Source: Octopus vulgaris (lineage: Eukaryota). From it: 64,000 nucleotides of DNA. The stretch covers positions 158,472,001-158,536,000 of the forward strand of contig OX597814.1 of assembly GCA_951406725.2 (NCBI GenBank), given 5' to 3'. The notes beneath the pieces were generated by a model. It was given only the letters and a program-made list of their open reading frames with translations, had not been told where the DNA came from and did not search any database. A program made the translations under genes and the position numbers. Shown here piece after piece: positions 1 through 12,829 of the stretch; the first letter of the stretch is position 1, and each line of letters opens with the position of its first letter.

Positions 1-24
1 GCTCCTCTTTGGTGTCACGTCTCA

Positions 25-608
25 CGAATGAACTTTTTTTTAACCGAATAGGGACTAGTGACGAGAAGTGGGTTCTCTATAAAAATGTCAAGCGCTGATG
101 GCAGTGGCTAGGGAAAGGAGAAACACCGGCATCCCAGGCTAACCAAACGATAACAAAGGAGATCTACTGCGAGCAATTTGGGAGGTTAAAGTCAGCGCTA
201 GAAGAAAAACGACCATCTTTTGTTTCAAGACAAAAGGTGTTCTTCCATCATGCTCGGCCACATACAGCGAAGATGACATTCCAAAGGCTGGAGCAGTTTA
301 AATGGGAAACGATGCCCCATCTACCGTATTCGCCGAAGATTGCACCATCTGATTATCATTTGTTCCGCACTCTTCAAATTGATCTGGACGGAAAAATAAG
401 AATTTTGTAGACGAGGTCAGAACAGTACTGGAGGAGTATTTTTCGTCACGGACAAATGAATTTTGAAAGTGGGGCCTTGCAAGTCTACTAGATAGATGGA
501 AGAGCTTTGTAGAAAATGAAGGAGAGTATATTTGAGATAAACAGAATTTGTTTATCTTAATTTTAAAAAATATAAGTATAAAGACCGCATTATTTATGGG
601 ATGACCCC
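25..608 (+). mobile_element. Degenerate mariner (DD34D) transposon, 3' half with internal deletion and 3' TIR remnant
   Basis: Translates to FLNRIGTSDEKWVLY (TGDEKW motif), HARPHT, PYSPKIAPSDYHLF and a C-terminal ENEGEY, with stops and frameshifts; mariner-type end CGCATTATTTATGGGATGACCC near 586-607. Confidence 0.85.
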
Positions 609-738
609 GGTGCCCCGGTACGGCCGCAGCCTCAAGGCTGAAACATGAAAGAATTAAAAAAATGAAAGTATATATGTGTGTGTGTTTGTGTATGTGTGTG
701 TGTGCGCGCGCGCGTGTGTGTATATGTATGTATGTATA

Positions 739-1997
739 CAGGGGATGGATAAACTAATAGAAACACGTTAAAATTTCAAACAAATCTAATTTAATATGGG
801 ACACGACCGCCTTTGGCAATAATTACAGCTTGAATTCTACAAGCTATGGATTCATACAGAGTTTGAATTGATTCCAAAGGAATTCTTCAGCTAAAACCGT
901 CTCCAGTTCTTGTAGTGATGATGGTGGAGGATATTGACTCCTTACTTGTTTTTCTAAATGCACCGTAAAGGTTCAATAATTTCGATATCTGGGGACTGTG
1001 GTAGCCAGATAAGATGTTCAACGTCACTAGAATGTTCCTCGTGCCATTCAGTAACATCTTTAGCTCTGTAATTGGTGCATTATCATCCTGAAAGATTGCG
1101 TTTTCTTCCGGAAACAGTTCCGCAACTATAGGATGAATTTGATCAGAGAAAATGTTTTAATAGTATTGACTATTAATTCTGCAATGAAGGAAAACCATTG
1201 GGCTAGCGGATTTCCATGATATAGCTCCCCCATCCGCCAGATCATCACCAATCCTCATCCCTGTTTAACAGTTTGAAGAAGGTAGTCTGGGTCAAATGCT
1301 TCTTTTAGCTGTCTCCACACGTAAGTCGGCCGGTGGTCATAAATAAGCTAAAGAATGACTCGTCCGAAAAAATAACATTCTTCCACTTGCTCTAGGAATC
1401 AATTCTGCAGGTTTTACTCCACTCTAAATACTTTGCAACGTCTGTTTTTGAAAGTAGTGGTTTTCTGATAGCAGCCCTCCGTGAAATCCGGCTTTGTGCA
1501 GCTCCCGGCGAACAGTCTTTGTTGAAACTGGGTTCTCAAGGTGGCCATTAAGCACTGCAGTAATTTTGGGAGCTGTACTTTTTGGTGCTTTCTAACAATT
1601 CGCGTAAGAGTCCTATGGTCCCTATCTGAAAGTTGTCTTCCGGAGTTCTGTTTCGACGAGGAGGGTTTTCTGTCTTTCTCAAAGGCTGTCATTACTTTCG
1701 AATCAGTACTTCTTGATATACCAAACATTTCGGCTGTTTTCGTTACACTGGCGCCTGCCATATGAGCACCAACAATTTGACCTCTTTGAAAGTCTGATAG
1801 ATCTGTCATTTTCATGAATTTTAATTGCATTTTTCTAATGATATCTGAACAAAAAACAGCAAACATATTAAGCAACACTAAAAATGAATAAAAGAAACAT
1901 AAAATAAGCAAAATACAAACTTTTGACGGGTTTTATAGATATTTCAAAGTTATGATGCCATGATGCTAGGTGTTTCCATTATTGTGTCTAACCCTTG
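739..1997 (-). mobile_element. Tc1-like DNA transposon, full length, inactivated
   Basis: TIRs: CAGGGGATGGATAAACTAATAGAAACAC at 739 (after TA) versus GTGTTTCCATTATTGTGTCTAACCCTTG ending 1997. Minus strand gives MTDLSDFQRGQIVGAHMAGASVTKTAEMFGISRST (HTH), NVIFSDE, IFQDDNAP and WLPQSPDIEIIE (DD34E), frameshifted. Confidence 0.92.
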
Positions 1998-2047
1998 TGT
2001 GTGTGTCTGTGTATGTGTTTGTGTGTGTGTGTACGTATATATATATG

Positions 2048-2166
<119 letters not shown>

Positions 2167-2417
2167 GTATATTAATAGATAGATAGATATAACATATAAC
2201 CGTTTAGTTTACTTCGGGCAAAAGTTTCGTAATGCGCTCTTAAAAGATTCCCTACTACTTGTTGTCGGGTACCAACTGTTAATTCTACTCTACAGAGTAA
2301 TCTGATAGTATGGTTATACACGTGATACCTCTTTCAGATTATGATAAATATAATAATAACAATAACATGCGGTTGGAAATTTCTAAGCTCTGTTAACTTA
2401 TATAATATATTCTTTAG

Positions 2418-2457
<40 letters not shown>

Positions 2458-2459
<2 letters not shown>

Positions 2460-3053
2460 TTAACATCTAATTTAGGATTAAATTTTTCGAAAAAAATCCC
2501 CTCAATGGCCAGCATATTAAAAAATACCTTAAAAAGTTAAATTTATAAACAATTTATAAGTAAGGGCAAAAGAAAAAATTTGTAATGCCAAAATATGCCG
2601 AAAATAGACACAACGTCAATAACCACATAATTTATCATTACAAGCACGCGTTTCGAAGAAAGGCGACAGATTTTTCTAAAAAATCACGTTATTGGCATAT
2701 CGGACCCGATTTCAGAGTTAGTTCATAAGAACCTTCCCTTCATCAGTGATAAATGCGGCAAAGAAATAAGTGAAATACTTACTTATACCCATGGAAGAAG
2801 TGAACACTAAGTCATGAGCACAATTAAGTACCCCAAATATATCCAAAAGAGAACCTCTCTAGCCCATCTCAAGACACATGCGATTCGAACTGAAAAACTC
2901 TCGTAAAGTGAGAGTGTCCGGAAGTGAACACTATTAAATTAACATCTAATTTAGGATAAAAGTTTTCGAAAAAAATTCTATCAATGGCCAGCATATTAAA
3001 AAATACCTTTAAAGGTTAAATTCATAAACAATTTATAAGGAAGGCCCTTACTT

Positions 3054-3060
<7 letters not shown>
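2458..3060 (-). mobile_element. Non-coding, terminally redundant hammerhead-containing element (Penelope pLTR/retrozyme-like) within (TA)n
   Basis: About 110-bp direct repeats at 2458-2567 and 2937-3045 (period 479); 3044-3060 is the exact reverse complement of 2551-2567; flanked by (TA)n; hammerhead motif at 2699-2750. Confidence 0.75.
2699..2750 (-). ncRNA. Minimal hammerhead ribozyme motif
   Basis: Minus strand: atca-CTGATGA-agggaaggttc ttat gaactaactct-GAAA-tcgg-GTC-cgat; stem II pairs, stem I has one mismatch. Confidence 0.65.
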
Positions 3061-3094
<34 letters not shown>

Positions 3095-3096
<2 letters not shown>

Positions 3097-3676
3097 AATC
3101 GTTAAACAGGACGTCAAACATTAAGGCAAGGCAAACATCTCAAGTCATAATCAATATTATTACAGGAAGAAATTCAAAATCTTACACCTCTTTCTAGGAT
3201 ATCCTCGAGTATGGAATATTCCGTCATCAGCGGCAAATTAGGGAAAAAAATATGGAAAATGAAAATGGTATATATATATATATAAGATGATAACATAGAG
3301 GAAGGGAGTAAAAGAATTAGGAGATGGAAAGAGAGAAGAAAAGAAGCATAAGAGTTTAGAGTTCAACTTTCCGAAGTTACAGAAACCAAAGCATGAGTAA
3401 TTAGGTGCAAGCCTGTGTATATCCATGAGTGTAAGTCCTTAGGTGCAATCCTGCGTATATCCATGTGGGTTAAAGTCCTTATATAGTAGACATCCCAAGA
3501 AAATGACACGAACATATCAAGCTTCAATATGTTTTCTGTAATTTGTCTCTGATGACGAATATCCATACTCGAGGATATCCCAGAAACAGCTGTAAGATTT
3601 TGAATTTCTTCCTGTAATTATATTGTATATAACTTGCTTTGCCTTCATGTTTGACGGCCTGTTTAACAATTATATA
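3095..3676. repeat. Inverted-repeat module (arms ~3095-3240 and ~3538-3676), each arm carrying a hammerhead motif
   Basis: gttaaacagg...tacaggaagaaattcaaaatcttaca...tcatcag is the reverse complement of ctgatga...tgtaagattttgaatttcttcctgta...cctgtttaac; the spacer contains a ~38-bp tandem duplication at 3401-3480. Confidence 0.85.
3545..3598 (+). ncRNA. Minimal hammerhead ribozyme (intact core)
   Basis: gtct-CTGATGA-cgaatatcc atactcga ggatatccca-GAAA-CAGCTG-TA-agat; palindromic stem III ACAGCTGT, GUA cleavage triplet, stem I gtct/agat. Confidence 0.85.
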
Positions 3677-3799
3677 TCCGCTGCATCGGAGATCTGCAAT
3701 GGGTCCATAACTACCGTCTCGGCTATAACCCTGGAGCCCTAGTAATCCGTTACAGCACTTACCTAGCGTATCTAATCCCCATACTAAATCCCCATACTT

Positions 3800-3902
<103 letters not shown>

Positions 3903-4109
3903 GTGTGTGTGTGTGTTTGTATACACTCATACACACATACATACATAAATTTATCTGCATGCAAGTTCATGTGTGTAAATTATGCATGTATTCAGATATT
4001 TACATTGGATGTTTAATTATGTGCTAATGTGCATACACTCACACATGCAAACACGCATATATGTATGTGTGTGTGCCTGTGCGTGTGTGTGTGCATGTGT
4101 GTGTGTACG

Positions 4110-4141
<32 letters not shown>

Positions 4142-5009
4142 TGTACAAACGACATAAAGGGTCATTCTACTCATGTAGGTACTACGTATATTAGAACTTA
4201 AAAGTTTGATGCAGCTTCATGCAACTTAAAGTTTTGTAGAGTCGTGGCAAAACAATGGTGAATTACACGCGCTCCATTAGCTAACGCAAGTTTAAGATAG
4301 ACGGACAAATGGCATAATTCTGAGATGAAGTTATCATGCATATTTATCAACCCTTTATTTGATCGACTAAGGTTCCACATGTGCTGAGAAATTTAACACC
4401 ATCGTGCCATAGTGTTTGGAAGCAGTGATATTAGAAAATCTAGGAATATTTGACCAAATGAGGTTATAGGGAAGAATACGAGCCGATCTAGTTTCATATT
4501 TTATTAGATCATGGCAAAAATGTAACATGTTGCGGAAAAATTCCTACCACATGTAAACTATAATTGACCCTTTCAAATACACGGAAGAAACATTTATATG
4601 TAAACTGCTCGTAGATATATTATTTAGGCTGCAATGCAAATTGCATTTGATCAGTATCAACTATGCTCATAAACTATACTTAGAATGAACACTGATGAGA
4701 TGATTTTGATCCCGTCAGAGTACTTTTAAAGTATTCGCCTCAATTTTTCCCTTTGTAAAATATGTATGTATGTTTATATGTACTTTTGTTTCAAGATTTC
4801 TTGCCAATAGAGAAGGAGCCGATTTCTAATCTACATCCAAGGTTACTTCATTGGAATTTCAACATCAACCACAGGGTATTATTGTATGCATGTATGTATG
4901 TATGTACGTATGTATGTATACGTGCAGATTTGTATGTTTTATTTTATCTACGTCTTCTCATGCATATACTTGCATATGTATGCTCATATATACTTAAATG
5001 ATAACTTCT

Positions 5010-5260
5010 AGAAAGTTCTAGAGATTTTTACAGTTCCAGTGATGGATTAGATCTGTAGTTTTCGAATCAGCTTTTTCCTTTCTGATTCTGAGAAACCTAA
5101 TTTCTCAAGACTGGTATTTAGGCACTGTGTTACATATCCCAGTGTCACAATAATTACAATTATAAATCTGAACCTGTAATCTGGATAGAGTAATTGCAGA
5201 TTTCTCAATTGTTCAGCATAGGTATTCTCCTTTTCATCGATCTTTAGTTTTATATTAACG
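5010..5260 (-). mobile_element. 3' end of a restriction-like-endonuclease (REL) non-LTR retrotransposon next to (ATAC)n
   Basis: KIDEKENTYAEQLRNLQLLYPDYRFRFIIVIIVTLGYV...LEKLGF resembles a REL C-terminus (K..Y..L...PIIVGALG). Confidence 0.6.
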
Positions 5261-5349
5261 TACATACGTATGTATGTATGTATGTATGTATGTATGTATG
5301 TATGTATGTATGTATGTATGTATGTATGTATGTATGTATGTATGCAACA

Positions 5350-5640
5350 TTCATAGAGTTTGAGTGAAAAGTTGCAATATCAGAAGGTGTGCGCAAGATG
5401 TGTCCCACGAATGCTCATAGAAGATCAAAAGCGGCAACCTACCTTATAGTCCGGACTTGGCACCAAGTGACTACCATCTGTTCCCTAAGTTGAAAGAACA
5501 TTTGGCCAGAATGCGCTTCAGCAACGACGGCGAGGTGAAAGATGAGGTTCAACGCTTCTTCAACGACATGGCGGTGAGCTGGTATTACCTGGGCATACAA
5601 AATCTGCTCTAGCGCCTACATCAGTGCATCGATCGAAATT
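5350..5640 (+). mobile_element. Internally deleted mariner fragment
   Basis: KVCARCVPRML (WVPRLL motif) joined directly to PPYSPDLAPSDYHLFPKLKEHL. Confidence 0.85.
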
Positions 5641-5725
5641 ATATATATATATATATAGCTTATGAGAGGTAATGGTGTCAAATGTTCGGAAATCTTACAC
5701 AGCCTTGGCTTTTTATCTCATTCTG

Positions 5726-5846
<121 letters not shown>

Positions 5847-6069
5847 GAAATAACAATTTATAAACAATTAATGCAACGCTACGCGCGTTTCCACAAATCT
5901 CATGCTTCTTATGATCACAGTCCGTATTTCTGGGATGGCTACAGCGTAGTTCGTAGTATCCATACGCATTGGGTTGATGATTTTCATGGACTTATTTCTC
6001 CAGGCGATATAACATTAATTGATGTTTAACAGAGGGATATTTATTCCTTTGCGAAAGTTGATTTAGTTA

Positions 6070-6560
6070 TATCTCAATACTTTTTCAGGAGAGACATTTA
6101 TTAATTTCAAAGAAGTAAAAGTTTTAATCTTCTTCAAAATAAGATTCTCTGTCTTCAATACATTTTTTTGTAGCGCTTCAGCCTCTCTGTGATCACCTCA
6201 TACAAGTCCTTCAAAATGCAGATGTTCAGGACCCTTATCGCAGCCTCCATAATCTTATACTTTAGCATGGGGACGCAACCAAATGTGAGAGGAAGCAGAT
6301 TCTAAACGAAGGATGACGGATAGTTTTGATGCTGTTCTCTGTCAAGTAGTTGGTTACCAGAATGGAATTGTGGATTTGTGCATTGCCCTAATGCAAGTCC
6401 TCTAACATTTTGGGACTAAATCTCTTGCTGAATTCCCTCAAAATTTCCATAAATTATTTTTTGTTTACCGTATGTCCAGAGGAAATCCGGTGGATATAGA
6501 CGTTGTCCTTAGTGTTGATAAAGATCATGATGAACTTCCCAGTGGACCTGTATGGTTGCC
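6070..6560 (-). mobile_element. Highly degenerate mariner remnant
   Basis: Minus strand LH*GNAQIHNSILVTNYLTENSIKTIRHP resembles HDNAPxH...L....HP. Confidence 0.5.
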
Positions 6561-8371
6561 CGCTTCTGCCAGCAAGAAACACATGCTCGGATAATATAAG
6601 TTAACTTAATCTATAATCTGGTCAGCTAATCTATATCTATAAAATAGTCCTTGGATGAAAATTGTATGCACGTTTTGCTTTGACGGTTAATGGCGGCCAA
6701 ACCGAGGTTACGATCTAGCTGAAAATTGGCAGGGATACTAAATGCGTGGTGAGGATGACACCTGCGATGGATAAAATTCGCAAGCTATAAAGATATGGTT
6801 GCTATGGCAAAAAGAGTGATTTTTTATCGATTCAAGGGGGCCCAGAGCCTCTCTAGGTTTGTGCGATTGACTTTTAATGCCCAGCGGCATGCACTGCAGT
6901 CTGTTGTGCTTAATAACCATACATTTTGTCGCAAAATTCCGGCTACTAGGAAACGATTTTTCATTGTGAAAAAACGAGTGCTTTTTGCCCTCATTTTCTT
7001 TTTAATCTTTTTATAAAAGTGAAAGGATTTCGTCTATTTATTTCTGCTGTCCACTTACGACGGTGATTCAGTTGACTAGGAAAACTATAGGTAATGAATA
7101 TCCAATACCAAACTATCTTAATCTACATATTGAAACTGCATTAAACTTTGGCAAGCTTACCTTTGCCTATTCTGAGTTGGTGATGTTTCCTTCCCTCTCT
7201 TCTGATTGTTGATACCTTTTGTTTTTACCTTTGATACCGTTCTTTCACTTTAAGGATGCTTCTTTACCCAGCCATTATGATATTTCGACTACTGTCCATT
7301 GTTTCAAATAGTTTTTATCATTGTCATTGTAGCCTTTTTTAAACACTCACATATGATTCGTCCCAAAGAATTAACCTTTAAATAAGAGTTTTGCTTCCAC
7401 TAGCGAAAGGTATACGTATCTTTCAGGAAGTTCCATACCAATTTAACCTTATGCAGCATTCGCGGTTAGTTTATGTGCGCGCTATGTGGGAAGATAGAAT
7501 AAAATAGCTCCCTTTGCTGTTGAAAAGAATAAACTCGAATAGGGGTAGTTTCAACATCTTCCTTCAATTTCCTTACACCATTTATGTGGCTGTTTCTGAC
7601 AAGACATTTCGCTTTCATGTAAAAGAACTATATTTTGTGGTCATTATCTGTAATCTACTCCCAGAACACTTCAGTAGCTCTACTTTACATCGCTTGCAAA
7701 CTTATATGTTCTATGATAATCAAATTGCAACGGCCTCCACAATAACCAGCCTTCAATTTGATTTTCCGTTCCTAGGTTAATCGGAAACAGATTGCCATGC
7801 TACACATAAACCTTCTAGGTAGGTCAATTATTTTGTGAGAAAAATACCACGAAAGCAACTTAAACCGTCCAAAGTATGGGTACGTTTGCTTGTTAAATGT
7901 ATATTAATGGTATACAAAAATTACAATAATCAAGGACATTTATAACCGTGGCTCCTAAAAAAATTCTCAAATCTTTTGGAATGCATCTCTTACACACATA
8001 CACACACACATACACATACATATATATGTGTGTGTGTGAGAGTGTGTGTGTGTGTGTATGTGAAATAAAGATAGGAAGTAGCACTCAATACGTGTGTCAA
8101 GTTATATACATATAATAATTTTATTCAGTTCAACATTACTAAAAGTTTCGGGAGCACGTGGGATACATCTTAATCGTCAGATGTTCGTCTCCAGTTTCCA
8201 AAGAACCGACAAGTGACGTCTTCTACGCATTCTCAAAATTAAGTATCGTGGAAGAAAGTTAAACTTCTATGATGTATGTATGTATATAACCATATATGTA
8301 TGTGTCTGTGTGGATGTGTGTGTATGTATATACATATATGTATATATATGTATGTATATATATATATTTAT

Positions 8372-8418
<47 letters not shown>

Positions 8419-8800
8419 CGTGTATACGCGTTCTTTTATATACACACATATACGAACGTGTCAGTGTGTTTGTGTGTGTGTGTGTGTTAGCTACGCATAT
8501 TTCTGTATGTTGCTATAAAAAGTACATAACCAAAGAATTACAGGATTATAGATAGTTTTATATGAAGTTCATCCTCTCAAAATCGTTTGAGTGGTGCTTC
8601 GCTAACCATTTCTGAGGAGGAGTCTCAAAATAAATTATTAAGTAGGTCACTTAATACACATACACACACACATAAGCACACCACACATACGCACAGACAC
8701 ACGCCCGCGCACACAGACATGCGCGCACACACACAGGAATATATATATATACAAACGTAATTATATATATATATACATGTACACACATATACATATATGA

Positions 8801-8837
<37 letters not shown>

Positions 8838-8840
<3 letters not shown>

Positions 8841-8972
8841 CTATATTTAAGAGATGAGGAGTTATGTACACTATTTGCATTATTTACATTTGACGGATAG
8901 TTGTCCTCATCTTGTTTGTTGTTAACACAACGTTTCGGTTCATATATGCCCCATCCTTCTTCAGGTGTCAGG
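8838..8972 (-). ncRNA. Short (TA)n-embedded repeat with a minimal hammerhead motif (8924-8969)
   Basis: Minus strand: gacac-CTGAAGA-aggatggggcatatatgaacc-GAAA-CG-TT-gtgtt; stem I gacac/gtgtt, AACGTT palindrome; same family as 61290-61390. Confidence 0.75.
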
Positions 8973-9012
8973 TATATATATATATACGTATGTATGTATG
9001 TATACATACATA

Positions 9013-9078
<66 letters not shown>

Positions 9079-9493
9079 TATCATAGTATGTATATTCAAT
9101 AAACTTTTAATTGAATGTGTAAATCACCTATATGCAAATTCATGAATATACCAAATATATAGATATGACATTTCTGATTGCCAGATAACACACAAACACG
9201 CACACATGCCTATACATATATATACATATCGTTCCTATTACGTTAAACTGACGTATGTCTAAATTTGGCCAGATCCGTTTTCTTCAATATTCATTGTTGC
9301 TTGCAATTGCCAGTTCTTTTGGTCAAACTATCGTTTCTCATGTTGCTTCAGATGCTAAGATATCAACAAATGTCAAGTGTATTAACACGTTTTTACAATG
9401 GAATCGTGAAACTAATTTTTCGATTCCTGTTTTTCTGCAAAAAGCAACGTTTTGAACTTACGACATTTTTTGCATAATAGTAACGATATACAC

Positions 9494-9616
<123 letters not shown>

Positions 9617-9732
9617 ATTGGTTTCCAGAAGATCCAGGTGACAGGTAGCGTTATGTTAGTGCTAAGGAAGGACTGAAGTTAAACTCTCAGTTCGATAATG
9701 ATGCGAGTGAGGAGTGTAATTTGGGTCTTGTA

Positions 9733-10012
9733 TGAGTATGTATATGTTAAATAAAATGAGACAACAAAGCAAAGTGTGTATGGAATTTTCAGGGCACTTA
9801 TAAAGGGAAGTTAGTCTTGCAGCTGTTTCTACGATATTAGGGATATCCCTTCATCAGAGAGGATGTGAAATGGTTAAATAGAGGGAAATATTAGAGTTCA
9901 ATACAAGGAGCTATTGTGGAAAAAGAAGGAGTAAAGAAGGAAATAAGAGAATGAATGTAGAAATAAAAATAAAAATATATAAAGATGTTATTATTTCAGT
10001 TCCATTATCTGA
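9733..10012 (-). mobile_element. pLTR-like repeat with hammerhead motif (9815-9860); paralog of 58981-59260
   Basis: Alignable over ~270 bp with 58981-59260; minus strand tct-CTGATGA-agggatatccctaatatcgta-GAAA-CAGCTG-CA-aga (cleavage-site U changed to C). Confidence 0.75.
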
Positions 10013-10576
10013 AGATTTGAGGAGTCAGAGAGAAAGAAAGAAGTGTATATTCATATACGCACGCACACACACACGCACACATATGTATGTGTGTATGCAC
10101 TATTATATAGGCCTGCATACTAATGTATTTAAACCCATATGCATGCATGCATATACATATTTACATATACACATATATACATATACATATATATATACAT
10201 ATGCATATATACATATATATATACATATATATACATACAGACGCATGCATGCATACATATATACATACAGACACATATACATATACATGCACACACACAC
10301 ATACCCACAAATATATGCATATACGCATACACGTGCGTACATATATACGCATACATTCACACGTCACACACATACATGCGCGCGCACACACATGCACATA
10401 CATGCATATTGTTATATAAAAAAAAACAATTATTATTATTGTAATATTTGCGTAACAACTATTTCATAATGGTTAGATAAACATAAGTAACGTGGCAATC
10501 ATATGAAATTATATAAATATGGGTGATATGAGAATATAAATACAGCAACATAAATTCATATATATATATATATAAT

Positions 10577-11878
10577 GCGTCCCACATTATAAGGCAAATA
10601 AATTTCCTCTCGATAAATAAATGTATATTCGTTCAAAACCAGTTGTTTTCCTACTGACTGTTAGCAACACCTCTCTGCGCACATTCTGTTAAAATACATC
10701 GGATCTGCACACACGCCAACAAATGACGGCCATTTTTGTAATTGGGCAACATTTTCACCATCCCAAATTCTTAGGTAAGTATAATAAAAATGATAATTGT
10801 GTCAGAATAAACATTTATTTAATTCAACAGTAAAAGTTAACAAAAAATTATTCATGAAGAACTTAATGGTAAGCACAATAATACGTTCGAATGAAAATAA
10901 TCATGGGATTATGAAGTCATACAGCACCTGTTTGGTGTATGGTCCTCCACATGCAATAACCTTTTTTCTTTCGCGCTTATCCATTCAATTTGTCATGATG
11001 GTGTTATCCTCTTGTGTCATGCTTTGAGCAGCATCTACAATCGTATCCCAGTAGGCAATTTTATATGAAAATAGACTGACCATCATAGAACCAATGATGC
11101 CAGCCCAATACAAGACCCCCCCCCCTGTCGGCGTCTCAAACGATGAAGACGGTTCCCGCTGATTGATACCCAACCTTTACTCCAGACATCTGGTTCGTCA
11201 AAGGTAGCACGGCGTTCAACAATGAACAGAACTGTTCAAAAATCTATCTACATGTATTCTTCTGCTCTTTCAGTCTCTTCTGCTTATGAACAGCCTTCAG
11301 TGGTGGCGAGAGGCTTGTAACAGTTTTAACATTCCTGACTACCTGGTTCAAGAGGCAAACCCTAGTAGTTTTCGAAACGTCTTCCCTGCTACAACGTTTG
11401 AAGACTTCTCTACTTGTCAGACGTTGTTTCCGCACAACTTCGTTTTTCCCACTAGACAAAGTACGATCCGAAGCAACATTCGACTTACCCTTATCTGCCC
11501 TCGACCGGACAGAAATAGATGAATGCACCAATTCCTTCACTGTTCGGTGATCTCTTCCCAGTATTTTTGATATTTCTATGGTTGTTTTTCCTTTTCCAAG
11601 CTCTGACACGATGGTAGACTTTTCATTCAAGATAATGTCACGTTTCAGACACCCTAATGACAATTAATTGGGCACCTGCTTAATAATTTGGGACAGCAGG
11701 AATGTTGTTGCTACGCGGTAATAGCCGCCGTTTGTGTCTGTCTGCGCAGATCCGATGTATTTTAACAAAATTTATGCAAATAGGATTTGCCAACAGTCAG
11801 TGGAAAAATAACTGGTTTTGAAAGAATATACATTTATTTATTGACAGGAGGTTGACTTGCATAATAATGTGGAACGCA

Positions 11879-11879
<1 letters not shown>
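10577..11879 (-). mobile_element. Tc1/Tc3-like transposon with long (~150-180 bp) TIRs, internally deleted
   Basis: TGCGTCCCACATTAT...TTAAAATACATCGGATCTGC mirrored by GCAGATCCGATGTATTTTAA...ATAATGTGGAACGCAG, within (TA)n; ORF 11244-11663 HTH (EISKILGRDHRTVK); downstream RATFDEPDVW and GGGVLYWAGI. Confidence 0.88.
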
Positions 11880-11912
<33 letters not shown>

Positions 11913-11915
<3 letters not shown>

Positions 11916-12772
11916 AGGTCTGATCAAAATACGTATCAGGACTGTCGCCATAGTAGCGAATCTAAAGCACGTAGAGTAAAGCCGCTTTGAATCTGCTGTG
12001 CAGGCGCACAGAGTTTCAACGTCCTAGCAGACTTCCGGTGTGTTTGGAAGGAAAGTGTGCAGCGTGTGATCGTCGCATTGACCATGACAGAGAAAGTTGT
12101 CATGGCGATACCTGCTTAGAGGTTTACGCAAGGTTGCAGAAAGTGTATGGAGAGGAAAGTGTATGAGTCCCACACATATGTACTGTACAAATGATTTAGA
12201 GACGTTTCAAAGATGGCCGAAAATATATCAATAGTGACGGACGGTTTGGGAGACCTGCAAGCAGCAGAACTGAGAAAAACATCGCAGATGTGCGTGCAGC
12301 TGTGAGGGGAAATCATCGAATCTCTATCTGTGAGTTATCAGAGGATGTGCAGATAAGTTACGGTTCAGTTTGGTCCGTTATAACCGAAGATTTGAGTATG
12401 AGACGCGTAGGCAACAAATTTGTGTCAAAACTGCTTTCAGCTGACCAAAAGGACACTCGGATTTCAGTTGCACAAGATCTCCTTGATTGTGCCGAGAAGG
12501 GTGGAAACTTTTTGAAAAAGTTTGCTTAGGCCACCGAGCAGGTATCGCCGAGCTTTTGGCAAAATTTGATGTAGATTTTCTGCTCAATTTCTCTGTGATT
12601 GTCAATGCGACGATCATACGCTACACACCTTCCTTCCAAGCACTGCTGTAAACAGCAGAAGCAAGCTAGAACGTTAAAACAGAGTTCGTAGTCGATCTGC
12701 GCTAATCGGCTTAAATTCTGCGTGCTTTAGCTTCGTTACTATAGCAACAGTCCGGAGACCTATTGATAAGTC
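11913..12772 (+). mobile_element. Mariner derivative with two 5' ends (long inverted repeats)
   Basis: 12084-12525 encodes a degenerate mariner N-terminus (RISICELSEDVQISYGSV...KFVSKLLS); 12535-12770 is an inverted copy of the 5' region including the start of the transposase (IKFCQKLGDTCS). Confidence 0.8.
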
Positions 12773-12829
12773 AACTTATATATTTCGGTGCGTATTGTTT
12801 TGTTATGCAGTGCCGAGATTTAAAATCCT

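Noticed and set aside
4690-4740. CTGATGA followed by ACTTTTAAAGTA, hammerhead-like
   Set aside because: No GAAA box and no convincing stem I; too decayed to call
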